From the NCBI RefSeq assembly GCF_001194135.2, contig NC_068991.1, positions 76,300,321-76,364,320 on the forward strand: DNA of 64,000 nt, in the 5' to 3' direction. The DNA is from Octopus bimaculoides (Eukaryota). The notes under the pieces were generated by a model. That model ran no database searches. It was not told the DNA's origin and was given only the letters and a program-made list of their open reading frames with translations. The position numbers were made by a program, and so were the translations under genes. Below, piece after piece: positions 13,837 through 27,195 of this stretch; position 1 is the stretch's first letter, and each line of letters starts with the position of its first letter.

Positions 13837-14630
13837 GTACATATATATATACATATATATATATACATATACATATATATATATACTTATACATATATAT
13901 ATATATNNNNNNNNNNNNNNNNNNNNNNNNNNNNNNNNNNNNNNNNNNNNNNNNNNNNNNNNNNNNNNNNNNNNNNNNNNNNNNNNNNNNNNNNNNNNNN
14001 NNNNNNNNNNNNNNNNNNNNNNNNNNNNNNNNNNNNNNNNNNNNNNNNNNNNNNNNNNNNNNNNNNNNNNNNNNNNNNNNNNNNNNNNNNNNNNNNNNNN
14101 NNNNNNNNNNNNNNNNNNNNNNNNNNNNNNNNNNNNNNNNNNNNNNNNNNNNNNNNNNNNNATATATATATATATAGGAGAAAAGTATATGTTCAAGTAG
14201 AACAATTCAAACTTTTTGAGGAGTCCAAAAAAGAGAGAAAATAATTTCTAATAAATAATACACTCGTTGCACACACGTTGACATGTCCCTCTTTTTCGTT
14301 TCTCTTAATTTTCCTCTTTTACAACTTATTTCTAAATATCGCGTTAAATTTTCCCTATTTCCCCATTTGTTTTCCTTCTTGGTTTTTAGTAATAACTTTC
14401 TTGGATATTTTTTCCCTTAAACTCTTCACACTGACGAGAAAGACAATACACAACTTTAATTATAAGTATTATTATCATAATTTTTCCTGACATATTTGTA
14501 TTTCCCTTTGAAACGTTGGTATATGCTTATTAAATCTAATGTTATAAGATCTTTTCTCCATTTTCATAATTGTTCATGGTATATGTATATTTATAACGAA
14601 CTTTTTCAATTATATATATATATATATAAT

Positions 14631-15103
14631 TAGCACTGTGAATAAGGATGCGTAAAAAACATTAATCTGTTTAGAAATAAGAGCTAAAGTCCTAATTCAA
14701 CCGCTGGAAGGCACCAAAATAACAGAAGATAACAGTAAGTGAGGGAACGGATAACGAATTAAGACATTAAAAGCATAATGTTAAAGATTATGCCATTCAG
14801 AAGCTCATATACCACTATTTCGGGTTCTGAACCGGTGGGCCTCAACCTTCTACGGTAACCTTCCCAGTAGCTCATACTGAAGAAGGTTGAGGCCCTACGG
14901 GCCGGAACCCCAGGTAGTGGTATATGGGCATCCGAAAGGCATAATCTTTAAAGATATGCTTTTTAATGTCTTAATTCTTTATCCGTTTCCACGCTTACTG
15001 TAATTTTCTGTTATCTTGATACCTTCCGGCGGTTTAGTTAGGACTTTAGCTCTTATTTCTAAATAGGGTGATGTTTTTTCTCGCATCCTTATGCTCCGTG
15101 CTA
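14631..15103. mobile_element. Foldback element: about 221-bp inverted arms around a 29-bp spacer, probably Penelope-derived
   Basis: 14631..14851 is the reverse complement of 14881..15103 (about 83% identity by manual alignment); hammerhead-like motif spans the hinge. Confidence 0.85.
14870..14929 (+). ncRNA. Degenerate type I hammerhead-like motif
   Basis: GCTCATA / CTGAAGA / A / GG..GGCCC-TAC-GGGCC / GGAA (canonical GAAA, one change) / CC..GG / TA / TATGGGC. Helix I has 7 pairs including one G-U; cleavage triplet GUA; helix II register is ambiguous. Confidence 0.4.
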
Positions 15104-15239
15104 GTTTTAAATTTTATAGCCATATATGCTATTAAGCATGTGAACCGCCAATGTTAATATTATCAATTTAAAATATTCAGCACAAATGATATTAACAACA
15201 GTAACATCTTACTTCGAGTTTAAACAATCAAATAATTTG

Positions 15240-15326
<87 letters not shown>

Positions 15327-18300
15327 AGTAGTACTAGTAGTAGTAACAGAAAAGGAGGACTTTCGATTATCCCCACGTGGTGAGTTACAATATATATAAG
15401 AAATTAAAAAAGGAAAATACACACACTTTACATAGTTTTAATATGATTTTTAATATATNNNNNNNNNNNNNNNNNNNNNNNNNNNNNNNNNNNNNNNNNN
15501 NNNNNNNNNNNNNNNNNNNNNNNNNNNNNNNNNNNNNNNNNNNNNNNNNNNNNNNNNNNNNNNNNNNNNNNNNNNNNNNNNNNNNNNNNNNNNNNNNNNN
15601 NNNNNNNNNNNNNNNNNNNNNNNNNNNNNNNNNNNNNNNNNNNNNNNNNNNNNNNNNNNNNNNNNNNNNNNNNNNNNNNNNNNNNNNNNNNNNNNNNNNN
15701 NNNNNNNNNNNNNNNNNNNNNNNNNNNNNNNNNNNNNNNNNNNNNNNNNNNNNNNNNNNNNNNNNNNNNNNNNNNNNNNNNNNNNNNNNNNNNNNNNNNN
15801 NNNNNNNNNNNNNNNNNNNNNNNNNNNNNNNNNNNNNNNNNNNNNNNNNNNNNNNNNNNNNNNNNNNNNNNNNNNNNNNNNNNNNNNNNNNNNNNNNNNN
15901 NNNNNNNNNNNNNNNNNNNNNNNNNNNNNNNNNNNNNNNNNNNNNNNNNNNNNNNNNNNNNNNNNNNNNNNNNNNNNNNNNNNNNNNNNNNNNNNNNNNN
16001 NNNNNNNNNNNNNNNNNNNNNNNNNNNNNNNNNNNNNNNNNNNNNNNNNNNNNNNNNNNNNNNNNNNNNNNNNNNNNNNNNNNNNNNNNNNNNNNNNNNN
16101 NNNNNNNNNNNNNNNNNNNNNNNNNNNNNNNNNNNNNNNNNNNNNNNNNNNNNNNNNNNNNNNNNNNNNNNNNNNNNNNNNNNNNNNNNNNNNNNNNNNN
16201 NNNNNNNNNNNNNNNNNNNNNNNNNNNNNNNNNNNNNNNNNNNNNNNNNNATATATATTTGCGCGTGCGTGTATGTGTGTTGAGAGAAATTATATTTCTG
16301 TCATAGATATGTGATCCACAGACAGATTCTATGGATATCTCATTCCCCGTCTCCATTGATACACAATAATATCCTGTTAATCATAATGATCCGATAATAA
16401 TAGCTATTTCAATAATAAATTATTAATGATATTAGAGTCTGTTCAATAACCATTGAAAATTATTTGCAATAATTTGGTCTGTCCATTCTGGATATATTTC
16501 CTCGCGAATATATGATTGGACATAACTATTCTAGCCGATATTCTAGTTATAACACACCTTATTAGCTTAAATACATCGCGTATTGATCATCTCTCAATAG
16601 AAATTGCTGTTGATCATTTTCTAATCAATAACGAGTTTCATTATGTTTCAACTCGTTATGAAAGTATTCAAGAAACGATGAATCTCTTCAGAAAATCTAT
16701 ATAATAATTGCTCAAAAGAATATATTAGACTTTGTACGTATGGTAATAAGATTTGTATCAATTTCATTTCCTCTTTAGTAACGTACAGATATTTAAACGA
16801 GCCATTCCATGTGAGGAAATTAGATTCCATTCCGATAAATTTCTCGAGTTAAATTTTTCAAAGGTAAAACAAAATGATATAAATAGAAGAAAGGAATGCT
16901 TTCTTAGAATCGTTTCAATATTGATTACTTATAGATATTTTTTTCAATAAAATAAATTGAATGCTTATGCCAATATCGCGAATATTTATTTGAAGTTACT
17001 TTGATATAATTCTTAAAGCAAGACCTAAAAGAGTCAAAAGTAAAACTGAAATATTCAAATAATTGGAATGGAGGTACTGAATCTTGTTATCATACATCGT
17101 TCATTCTACAACATTATCACCGAGACATAGGAGAGAAAATACAATTTTAATAGCGTTTAGAAAGTAGCATGAAATTAATATTTCTGTCTCGAATGGAACG
17201 ATATATCATCGTATGAATGTGAAACTTTCTTGAGAATCTAGCTCCATACTTTGAAATTCAATAGAGGAAAGAAGAGAAAAAGCGGGTGGAATAAATATAG
17301 AACAACGCTATTTACAGCTACCCTGAAGTTAACAGCACAAAGAAGTGTGTTTAGCGGATTCATACGATATATAGTAAACTTCCTAATGTTACTTAGTTTG
17401 AAGCCCTCTTAGATTCGCCCTGGATTTCACTATGTTATTGCCAACTCTTCAAAATAGCTAAATATCCAAGATTTAGTATACATAATAAAATTTTGATTCA
17501 GATCACGATAAGGTAGCTCTAAAATACATTATCTCAGTCTTAACAAGGAAACCATTCAATATCATTGACAGTGAGATCTATGCCGCGTCCATAAATATAC
17601 CTTTCGATGATCAATTACGCTCTGAAATCTAACCTCGTAATGAATGGGCTACAATGTTTATCACAGTGGAGTTGATACAGTAATGCATACATGTCTTAAG
17701 TTTGATATTACCGACCGTAAAATTACTATTACACCTTTTGCGGGAGTGAGAGGACCTTAAAATATTATGTAATTTGCTGCGTTTTATCGATATTGTTATA
17801 AAAGCTTTTACAATATATCGAGTTTATTATGTAAAGTGTGTTATTAACTGTGCCTATATAGAACGTCTGTTCTATACTAAAACAGCTATTTGTTGCTGTT
17901 CTACACAACGTCAGTAGTTCAAGCATGTTCTTAATTTTATTTAGTAAAATTATTATTCTTGTTGTAACGCCGTGCACAATATATTGCTCTCGTTTTGCAT
18001 CTTTCGCTATTTTGGGAGATATTCATGTGAATGAACGTGAAAATATGAAACAGAACACCTGTTTTCCTTTCCGCCTTTAATGATAATATCACCTAAATGT
18101 ACTTGCTAGTTTGCTTAGGGCCGTTCTGTTGCAAGCATAGCATTAATTTACCTGGGTTGTTGCGTCCAGTACCTTTACCAATATTATCCTTTTTGAAAGA
18201 GGCGTATCGTCTTACTACTAAATACCTCCAGTTACCTTCACTCAAATACATATTCAGTTCTTAGGAATAGCGGAGCTGAACATGCAATGTTTAATTGTCA

Positions 18301-18424
18301 TTTCGTTGGCTTGATTACAGCTTCATTAATCACTGGTCTTACTATTATCTAATTTTGTAATGAAGTTATTTTCTCTTAATTTTTGCTTTATCATGTAGAA
18401 TTCTACTCATTCTATTCTCACATG

Positions 18425-18455
<31 letters not shown>

Positions 18456-18946
18456 CATATCATGGTGTATGTGTATGTGCGCTCACGCGTATAAATTATA
18501 TAAGGCGGATACAGTATAATGACCTATTTGTGTCCCGTTCATGCCACCTTGTTTACATGTTAACCATATTGTATGCAACTGGTTGTAAGATGGTCGAAAT
18601 AGATTGTTTAATTTTCTTAATTTACATTTCTAGGGATATTCATAATTTTACTTTCCAATTAATTATATTCAAGTAGTTGTTTATGTAATTGATTGCTCTA
18701 ATGTATTGGAATAGATAATCGTATTTCTTCTCATATCGTGTTCAGTTTTGAATATTATGTACTTTTGTTTGTGAACGATACGTCATATCAATTCCAATAA
18801 ATTTCAAGAATCTGATTAGGTGATTCTGCATCGAATCTAATTTTATATAATTTAAAATTACCGCTATGTTTATGTACGTTTAACACATAATGTTGATCTC
18901 AAACTTTTAATATCACTGCTAAATCCACAATTACAATTTCTTACAG

Positions 18947-18982
18947 ATGTGTCTTCCCGATGCTGTCATTTCCATGAAGCAG
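18947..18982 (+). CDS. Candidate 36-nt exon on the + strand (coding status unknown)
   Basis: tttcttacag acceptor, CAG|GTACGT donor; open in phases 0 and 1. Confidence 0.3.
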
Positions 18983-19037
18983 GTACGTTTATGAAGTCAA
19001 AGCTAGTCCAATAATGGCGATAAATAACTAAAAATAC

Positions 19038-19081
19038 CTTATCTTTCGGATATAGAGCTTGCTTGATTATATTTCCTTCAT
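19038..19081 (-). CDS. Candidate 44-nt exon (EGNIIKQALYPKDK)
   Basis: ttttctaccacgtttcaag acceptor, AAG|GTATTT donor; phase-compatible with 19785..19956. Confidence 0.3.
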
Positions 19082-19466
19082 CTTGAAACGTGGTAGAAAA
19101 TTTCAGTTACATTGCAGTTGTTGATATACTGCTTTGTCTTAGACCTGTTTGCCTGTGACATATGATTCAAATTGCAGTAACGTATGGTATGGTATATATT
19201 GTTTTGGGGATGTGCGCTGTGTAATAAGATTCGTGTTACTTTTAAATTCGACAACTCTCCGCTTAACAATAGCTGTTCATTACATGCACACCAACTTCGC
19301 AGCCTTTCTGCTATTCTTCCATTTCATCAGCTGATGAAGTATGTTTGTAAGTAGAGTGATCGGCTATTGTATGCATGACTGATAAGCAGAATAACATTTG
19401 ACGTTGTGCGAGTTGTACATTTGGCATGTGACGCTTTCTCTTGCACGATTCATATTAGTTTCCTAG

Positions 19467-19527
19467 ATGGATATTTTTCATCTGCTTTTATTATAAGCAC
19501 ACATAGCAGCAATGATTGCAATAAAGG
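19467..19527 (+). CDS. Candidate 61-nt exon on the + strand (GYFSSAFIISTHSSNDCNK)
   Basis: tttcctag acceptor, AAG|GTGAGT donor; open only in phase 1, compatible with 18947..18982. Confidence 0.25.
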
Positions 19528-19784
19528 TGAGTACAATTTTATTTAACACGCATGTTGAATGTCAAACGTAGAAACACTTCTACTGGGAAAACTGCCTCTG
19601 GTCAGGAAATGTGTGTGGAAAGCTGACCATTAAGTTATGAATGACATAATCGAACCAGAAGGCACGTGTTTCCGCATGGTTACACTTCATTAGGGAAATC
19701 CATCGCTCACGGCCCACTAAAAATTGGTTGCTCTTATATTTAAACAGCAATTAATACATCAAATATAATTGTAGTTATATTTAC

Positions 19785-19956
19785 TTGAATCACCGGTCCT
19801 TAACGTGTCTTTAACTCCAGTTTCACAAAGCCTTGCACACATGACCGACAGATTCGATGCCCATAGATGATGAAGCAAAACGATGTAGGAACAGAAATGT
19901 TTCAGTCCCATGATATCATTCGTAGCCCAGTGGTGTGCTTTTGTCACACACATTGT
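19785..19956 (-). CDS. Candidate 172-nt exon (TMCVTKAHHWATNDIMGLKHF...)
   Basis: ctcttccttgcag acceptor, GTAAAT donor, single open frame, higher GC than flanks. Confidence 0.3.
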
Positions 19957-22900
19957 CTGCAAGGAAGAGTTTCTCACCAGAGACAATTTTTGTAGTGGAA
20001 TCTTACTATGTTTCAGTGTACACGAACGTGTTAAATATAACTGTAGACGTCTATATAATTTTGCTTTACTTTTTAGTTTGTTTTAATTCATATTATTCAT
20101 ATTATTTCCTCTAGATTTTATATGGGATTTTATAAGTGCTATAATTCTATATGTGCCAGATTTTCGATGTGCTGTGCTGCGATGCTACCTCTTGCTTAAA
20201 CTTGTTTGCCTGAAAAGTATTCAAGTAAAACTTCTTCATTGACATTATTTTTCTTTTCCTTTGTGTCCTGAAAGACCATTTCGATTGTGATGTTCTGTGG
20301 CGATAACTCTTGCACAAAAAAACCTGTGAAGCATTCATATAAAAGTACGTCATATCCATTGGTCTATCTTTTTCTGCTTTTGTGAATGACGTTTTTATTT
20401 AAGATTAATATTTCGAGAAGATTTCGCTTCAATAGATTTAATTACTTGCATTTCATACTATAATTCACACAACATTGCTGTTTCTCACAAACGTAAGTGT
20501 AACATGTTTTTATTAATATTTATATTAATATCCACAAAGAATCTCTTCTATATCTTTGAACTCTTCTAAATTGATTCTTTTCGTTTTATTTTCTTTGCTT
20601 CGTTCTTGCTCTTATCGTCGCATGCATTTTGTTATTGTAAACAGAATAGGCCTGAACAATATAAGGAAGACTAAACACGTATTCATTGCATTTAATGGGA
20701 AGTGAATAACACGATTATATCGTAACTGGTATCTAACTTTTGCTTTTGTGTTCCGTGAGATTATTTCTATTTTTGTTTACTGTTTTATTTTGTTTTTCTT
20801 TCTGTTTCACAGAACTCTATAAATATCCGTAAATTTTGAAATACAGGCTGGTGCTCTTGGTGTCGTTAATGTTTTTTCTTTTTGTAAAATACCCTTAACA
20901 GATCTCTGTAATCCGTTGATTTCTGGTGTGTAAAATAGTAACGTAGACTTGTTGTATATGTAAGTTTGAAAGCCAACTCAGCCGATCTTAACTTCCTGGC
21001 AAAACTGTAGTGGTTGGATTTGTATGATGCTGTCAAACTCGGCCTCCCTTCTATACCAACACGGCTCCAAGAAAAAAGGTTAGCAAGAGGGAAATCGCAG
21101 CCCAGCAAACTAACATGCCCAGAGAAGAAGTTGTACACAACCAGTTGTCTTCAAAACACGCGTCTCACAGAATGTAGTTCTTTGTTAAATATATGGTGAA
21201 CTGGAAAATGAAGTAAAAAATACGTCGTAACGGGAGATAAGGTATAAAAAATGGCATCCTGCGTATGAAGTAAAAGGTATGATGTACAGAAGATAAAGTA
21301 AAAAGAAATACGGCCTACAGGAGATGCAGTATAAAAGTATGGTAGCGTGGAGATGAAATAAAAAATATATATGGCGTATTTCGAAGGGAAAGTTTAACAA
21401 GTGTTGTTTAAATTTACAAAGATAGATACACATATTGCTTGCGTTGTCTTATTAAGCATAGATGTGTTCCAAAGAATTATGAGCAGCAGGTTCAAAATGC
21501 TGTTCAGGTAATTAAGACTTTCTAAAGCTTGTTTCGTTCTTCGGTGTACTGCGTGTGATCAGTGATTTATACAAGTAACACATTAAAAGTAAATTAATTC
21601 ATATTCTATCATATCACGTTAACACCAGTAAACCACACAGTTCACATTTTGCAGTTTCTAATAATTGATGCTAGACAAACCATACACTACATACTATACG
21701 TGATTACTACATACTATACCTGAAATGCACAATGCCAATCACATAGCACCTAAGATAAATAAAAGATTGCTCTGTGCAACTAAGCATAGCTCGGTGCTCC
21801 TGGAGCGTGTGCTTTAGTCTGTTTTAGTTTGGGCTTTCTATAATATTCGTTTATGTCTAGCTTGTTTGTTATCTGTATGTTGTTTATGTGTATAGGTCCA
21901 GCGGTTTTGGTTAAGCCTTTCGCTCTGTCGTGCATGCATATACATAATTATCCCAGAGGTACAGTGGCAGCATCCTCCTAAGAAATGCTTGTTTCTATAA
22001 TATTTACTTTTATCCATATTGTATGTGATATGAAAATACTATCTCACACCTTTCATGAATATGTTAAAGAGCAGTAATATAAACTGCTGCTCGAATCAAA
22101 TAAACCAATACCAGAATTCAATGACAAAAGCTGCATATTTACGGCACATTTTGCTTTTTATCAATCTGAGATAAATAAGACCTGTACCAGTAATATAATT
22201 TCGTTATCTTATTCTGATATACACGTATGGTACTAAATTAGGTCTCATATTGATCTAGAAAGTAATCAATATTATATCCACAAATAGAAATTATTATATC
22301 CTACATTTTATGATCGGAAACCAGATTCATTGAGACGTGAAGTCGATAGACTATTGATACAGGGGATTTGGAAAGCGTTTAAAAATGAAAAGGTTTCCAA
22401 TGTCATTTGATCTTGGAACACTGCAATTAGATTCGTGAAGCATTCTTATAAATCTTTGAGATTTATATTTTTCAAGATTTGCAGACGATGCTTTCCTTAC
22501 ACACACACACACGCACACGCACACGCACACACACACACACACACACGTATGTATGTATATTATATGTATATATGCATTTTTATTCAAGACTAATTGAAAA
22601 GTAACCAATTACACTTTTAAGAAGAAAATAAACTGAAATAATGTTCTCAATTCACTCTCTGTAATTTTCGCTTCAAGAAATATGCATTTTGGAAATTAAT
22701 GTAAGTTTCCAAATTATTAAACTTTACGTTCAATTATCTTCGCTAGGCATAAATATTCTGAGGAAAAAATTGTAAATAATTTATGTGGTGAAATTATAAC
22801 TACAGTATTTTTTCTTCTTTGTATTAACAGGAAAACAAAGTAACACACACACAAACTCACACATACATGCCAGCGGTTGTGTAGGAGAATAGACACATCC

Positions 22901-23446
22901 AGATTCTCTGGGTATCTGTGTGTGTGAATGTGTTTCTGCCTATGTCGCTAAATATTGCATTTGCACGGTGGATATTCATATTTCCTTTAATATGTATGCT
23001 TGAGTGTGATGTTTATCACTCGAGGAATTTCAACCATAAATATAATTTATAAACAATGCAGTTTTATTTGAATAATAAATATTAAACTCTAATATCATTT
23101 AGTAATTTTTTAAAAGTAATATACTGATACATTGCTGCGAATCTTTGTCTACAAGCTATATGTGTTCTATGTGTAATTGCATGTTATATAACGATATAAA
23201 AATTAAACTGAATTTAATTTGTTTTCAATTAAGGAATGCATTTTAAAATACCTCTACAAGTCCAAATGAAAATACTATTTATATATATTCAGGAAAATAT
23301 ACTATACAACCCATACCATTTTTCACTTTCAAATCAACTACTTTCTTTCTTTTTACTGGATTTTTATCTTTTTCTTTTTTGTTTTTGCTTTATGCATTCG
23401 CTTAGAGAAATTTTGAAATAACGAATTTTCGGTTGAATATACTTAC

Positions 23447-23463
23447 GCTCAAATTGGCATACA
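23447..23463 (-). CDS. Candidate 17-nt microexon (YANLS)
   Basis: Long polypyrimidine acceptor ctctttcccttctctttctttttcag and GTAAGT donor only 17 nt apart. Confidence 0.4.
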
Positions 23464-24050
23464 CTGAAAAAGAAAGAGAAAGGGAAAGAGAGCGAGTATG
23501 TAGTGTTTATAGAATCTGATGATCTTCTGATGACCACCACTCTTTGATAGCTGCACAACCTATTCCGTGATATAAGGTTCAGTAGCAGATGGGAAGTACA
23601 TATGAATGTGCTTTTGACCCTTCGTTCTGATCACATACACCGATTATAATCAGCTATCACCTTCACACTAGTGATGGCGTTTGCAAGTCTACACGCATGC
23701 GTACCTCATGTATGGAGCGTGTAATTATTTCGTTAGAAAAGTTAGATGAAAAGTTGCAAATATTTCTGTGTTCTCGCCATATTCCCTTGCGAATTTATAC
23801 CTTTGTATGAAGTAGAACTGTCTGTTGTATACCATTTACCCAGTTTTGCTCTTAATGAGGAAAATTTTCAGCTTCTAAGTGCTTTTCCTTGTTCTTCTCT
23901 GGCGCCAGTGACACTTAGGAGGAGGTGATTAAATTTATTTCCACGCTGGTTATCGTCACGTGCATATGGAGTAGTGGTTAAGAGCGCGGACTATTAACCC
24001 CAAGATTCTGAGTTCGATTCCAGCCAGTGACCTGAATAATAATAATAACA

Positions 24051-24237
24051 TAAGTATTTTATGGTTTCTTAAACATTCTCTAGAACAACACTATGTACAA
24101 ATCGAAATATATGGTACCCGAGGCATAACACCTACATGAACTTCTAACTTGTTGTCTCTTGAGGTCTCTGGGTGAGACTTGGATCCAACTTGTACAAATG
24201 CAAAGCAAAAGTCAAACATAAAATAATAATAATAATA
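24051..24237 (+). mobile_element. Nested insertion, probably the 3' UTR of an R4/Dong-type LINE, ending in (AAT)n
   Basis: Flanked by duplicated AATAATAATAA(A)CAT. The family assignment is from recollection of the sequence and is unverified. Confidence 0.5.
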
Positions 24238-24288
24238 AACATCGAAAAATACCTTAGGAATGAGAACCCAGGTTCAAAATTTCCCCAA

Positions 24289-24334
24289 GACACCTGATGA
24301 AGGCTGGAGGGTATATCAGCCGAAAGGTTGTGTT
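24289..24334 (+). ncRNA. Minimal type I hammerhead ribozyme motif in SINE tail
   Basis: GACAC / CTGATGA / A / GGCTG-10nt-CAGCC / GAAA / GG / TT / GTGTT. Helix I is 4 Watson-Crick pairs plus G-U, helix II is 5 bp, core intact; helix III reads AAGGTT, one change from palindromic AACGTT. Confidence 0.6.
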
Positions 24335-24819
24335 AACAACAAACAAGACGAGGACAAATATCTGTCAATTGTAAAGAATCTAAATAATGTAAAATCTTCT
24401 TTAGTCTATAAAAAACTACAGAAGTGTTCCATTTAACATCGGATTGAGTATGAGAATAACGTATGAATATGAGAATAGCGTATGAACAAAAACCTAGGAG
24501 ACACACCGGGGTCCATAACACTGTACATAATCCAACATTGTCAATGTTTCTATTTAGAAGCAGAGTAAATCATTATACACAGCATTTGTCATTAATTAGC
24601 GTTTGTCATTAATTAGCACCGAAAACCTTCTGAGAAGCACGATCATTTCTGATTTCTTCCATGTTGTGAATAAATGTTATTCTCTCACTAAACTAATGAA
24701 CATATACATGTGAGTTCACTAGCGTGTGTATATGAGTGTATGAGTATATATTTATATATCCATATACAAGTATATATACATGTATGGATATATAAATATA
24801 TACATATAGATATTTAATT

Positions 24820-24896
<77 letters not shown>

Positions 24897-25381
24897 TTAT
24901 ATGCATTTATATCCATAAAGATAGATATATATGTGAATATATATATATATGTATGTATATATATACATATGTGTGGGGGTGTATATGTATGCATGTATGT
25001 ATGTATATACATACATACACATCTGTATACGTATATACATATATATACATTTATATATGTATGTATACATACTCAGGTACACAGGTATATACGTACCAGC
25101 ATACATACAAAGACGCATGGAAGCCTACATAGAATAGATACAGCGATTAATTCACGGTGGTGAGTGAGAAAGTTGTTTGGAATATATTATCAAATATCAA
25201 GTACTCAGATGCATACACATATACATACATACATACATACATACTTGCATACATGCGTATCTGTGCACGCATGTCTGTCTATATGTATGTATGTACGCGT
25301 GTGTGTGTATGTGTGTATTCTTCTATTTGTAAGCCTCTATATATAAAAGTTTCTATGCGTGTAAAGATGTATATATATGTC

Positions 25382-25412
<31 letters not shown>

Positions 25413-25460
25413 CTGTATATATGTATGTATATATATATATGTATGTATATACATATATGA

Positions 25461-25508
<48 letters not shown>

Positions 25509-26829
25509 ATATATATATATGCATATACATATATATNNNNNNNNNNNNNNNNNNNNNNNNNNNNNNNNNNNNNNNNNNNNNNNNNNNNNNNNNNNNNNNN
25601 NNNNNNNNNNNNNNNNNNNNNNNNNNNNNNNNNNNNNNNNNNNNNNNNNNNNNNNNNNNNNNNNNNNNNNNNNNNNNNNNNNNNNNNNNNNNNNNNNNNN
25701 NNNNNNNNNNNNNNNNATATATATATATATATATATATATATAATGCCTACATTAATAATATGTACATACAAGAGTATATGAATATGCGTATGCATATAG
25801 ATACGGTGAGATGTTTCAAATATGATGGTGGATTAATACCACCACGTATCTAATAATCGAAATTTATCTTATACTCTGAAATAAACCTTAACCATAAATC
25901 ATATTCTAATTGAGGATCAAATCTATTTCACGCTGTGAAATTGCTACGTTTTGACAGTAAATATAGATTAATACGAATAATAGGAAACCCCTTATCTTAG
26001 CTATCTAAACACAGAATCCTAACGCTGATCAATCGCACCATTGTTCAGTAATTTAATGTTCCGTTAATTAAAGGTTAATTTTACAATATTGGAAATATCT
26101 ATACTTCGATGCATTTTACTCCCAAAAGAGCTGATACCATCAGAAATTGTTCTATAACTGAAAACCTTCTCTATGATTTGTTTCTGAATTGCAGCGAAGT
26201 GAATATCTAATTTTAATTTTTTTTTTCCAGGGACGTTAGCTGCGTCACATTTACTTCAAATCAGCATCTTTTACAAGATCTGTTATTTTTGAATACTCTA
26301 AAAGTTATTTCATTCAGAGTTCGTTTTGTTATATTATTTTTTATTATAATTGGGTTTTTTTCTTCTCCCGAGTGGTGATATAAATTATATTACACCTCCA
26401 AACATAGGCAGAAATTATATCCGTATTATATTTGTTCAATATGTATAAAACATCAACTTTTACATTATGCAACCATGCAACAATTTTCATTATGCTGAAA
26501 GGCGTATATATTAGAAAATAATTCTGTTTTTGCTTACAAATACTGTATGAATTGTAAAACTAGATACACCTCAGCAATATTGCATGACAATTGAGTAGAT
26601 TTTGAATAAGTTTGTTCTTTAATTTTATTAAAATAAATATCAGTAAATTGTCGAGATTATCACACTTTCACATTCACACATATACACCCACAATGATACT
26701 CCCCATTTCAAACACTCCAGAACGTGCTTGTGGCTGCAAATATGTCTGTCTGTTTATCTGTCTGTCTGTCTGTCTGTCTGTTTGTACGTATGTATTATGT
26801 ACGTACGTATGTATGTATGTATGTATTGA

Positions 26830-26843
26830 TAGATCGATCGACC

Positions 26844-26902
<59 letters not shown>

Positions 26903-26951
26903 GGATAGATAGATAGATAGATGGATGGATGGATGGATAGATAGATAGATA
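26830..26951. repeat. (GATA)n/(GATG)n microsatellite
   Basis: Direct reading; similar arrays at 10465-10522 and 46770-46827. Confidence 0.95.
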
Positions 26952-27113
26952 CTGCTGCATGAGAAAACAAATGACGCTTTGAAACCACGTGATTTTGTGT
27001 TCTATACATCTACACAGCACACTGTTCTAGTGCCTTCTACTACTGGACGTGAGAGAATGACCTAAAGTGTAACGAAAAAACCTCTGTGTGTGTATATATA
27101 TATATATATATGT

Positions 27114-27195
<82 letters not shown>

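Larger units (their letters stand above)
23960..24391 (+). mobile_element. tRNA-derived SINE (family C) with Penelope-like tail, interrupted by a nested insertion
   Basis: A-box-like TAGTGGTTAAG (23972) and B-box GAGTTCGATTCC (24010), internal (AAT)n, then a tail carrying CTGATGA...GAAA. Confidence 0.8.

Noticed and set aside
19323-19338. Perfect 16-bp palindrome TTCATCAGCTGATGAA containing CTGATGA
   Set aside because: No helix II followed by GAAA and no closing helix I on either strand.
23960-24030. Possible tRNA gene
   Set aside because: A and B boxes are present but I could not form a full cloverleaf with acceptor stem, and it continues into a SINE body.
24584-24617. 17-bp tandem duplication containing TGTCA and TAATTA homeodomain-like sites
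   Set aside because: Such short motifs are common in AT-rich DNA; simple slippage explains it.
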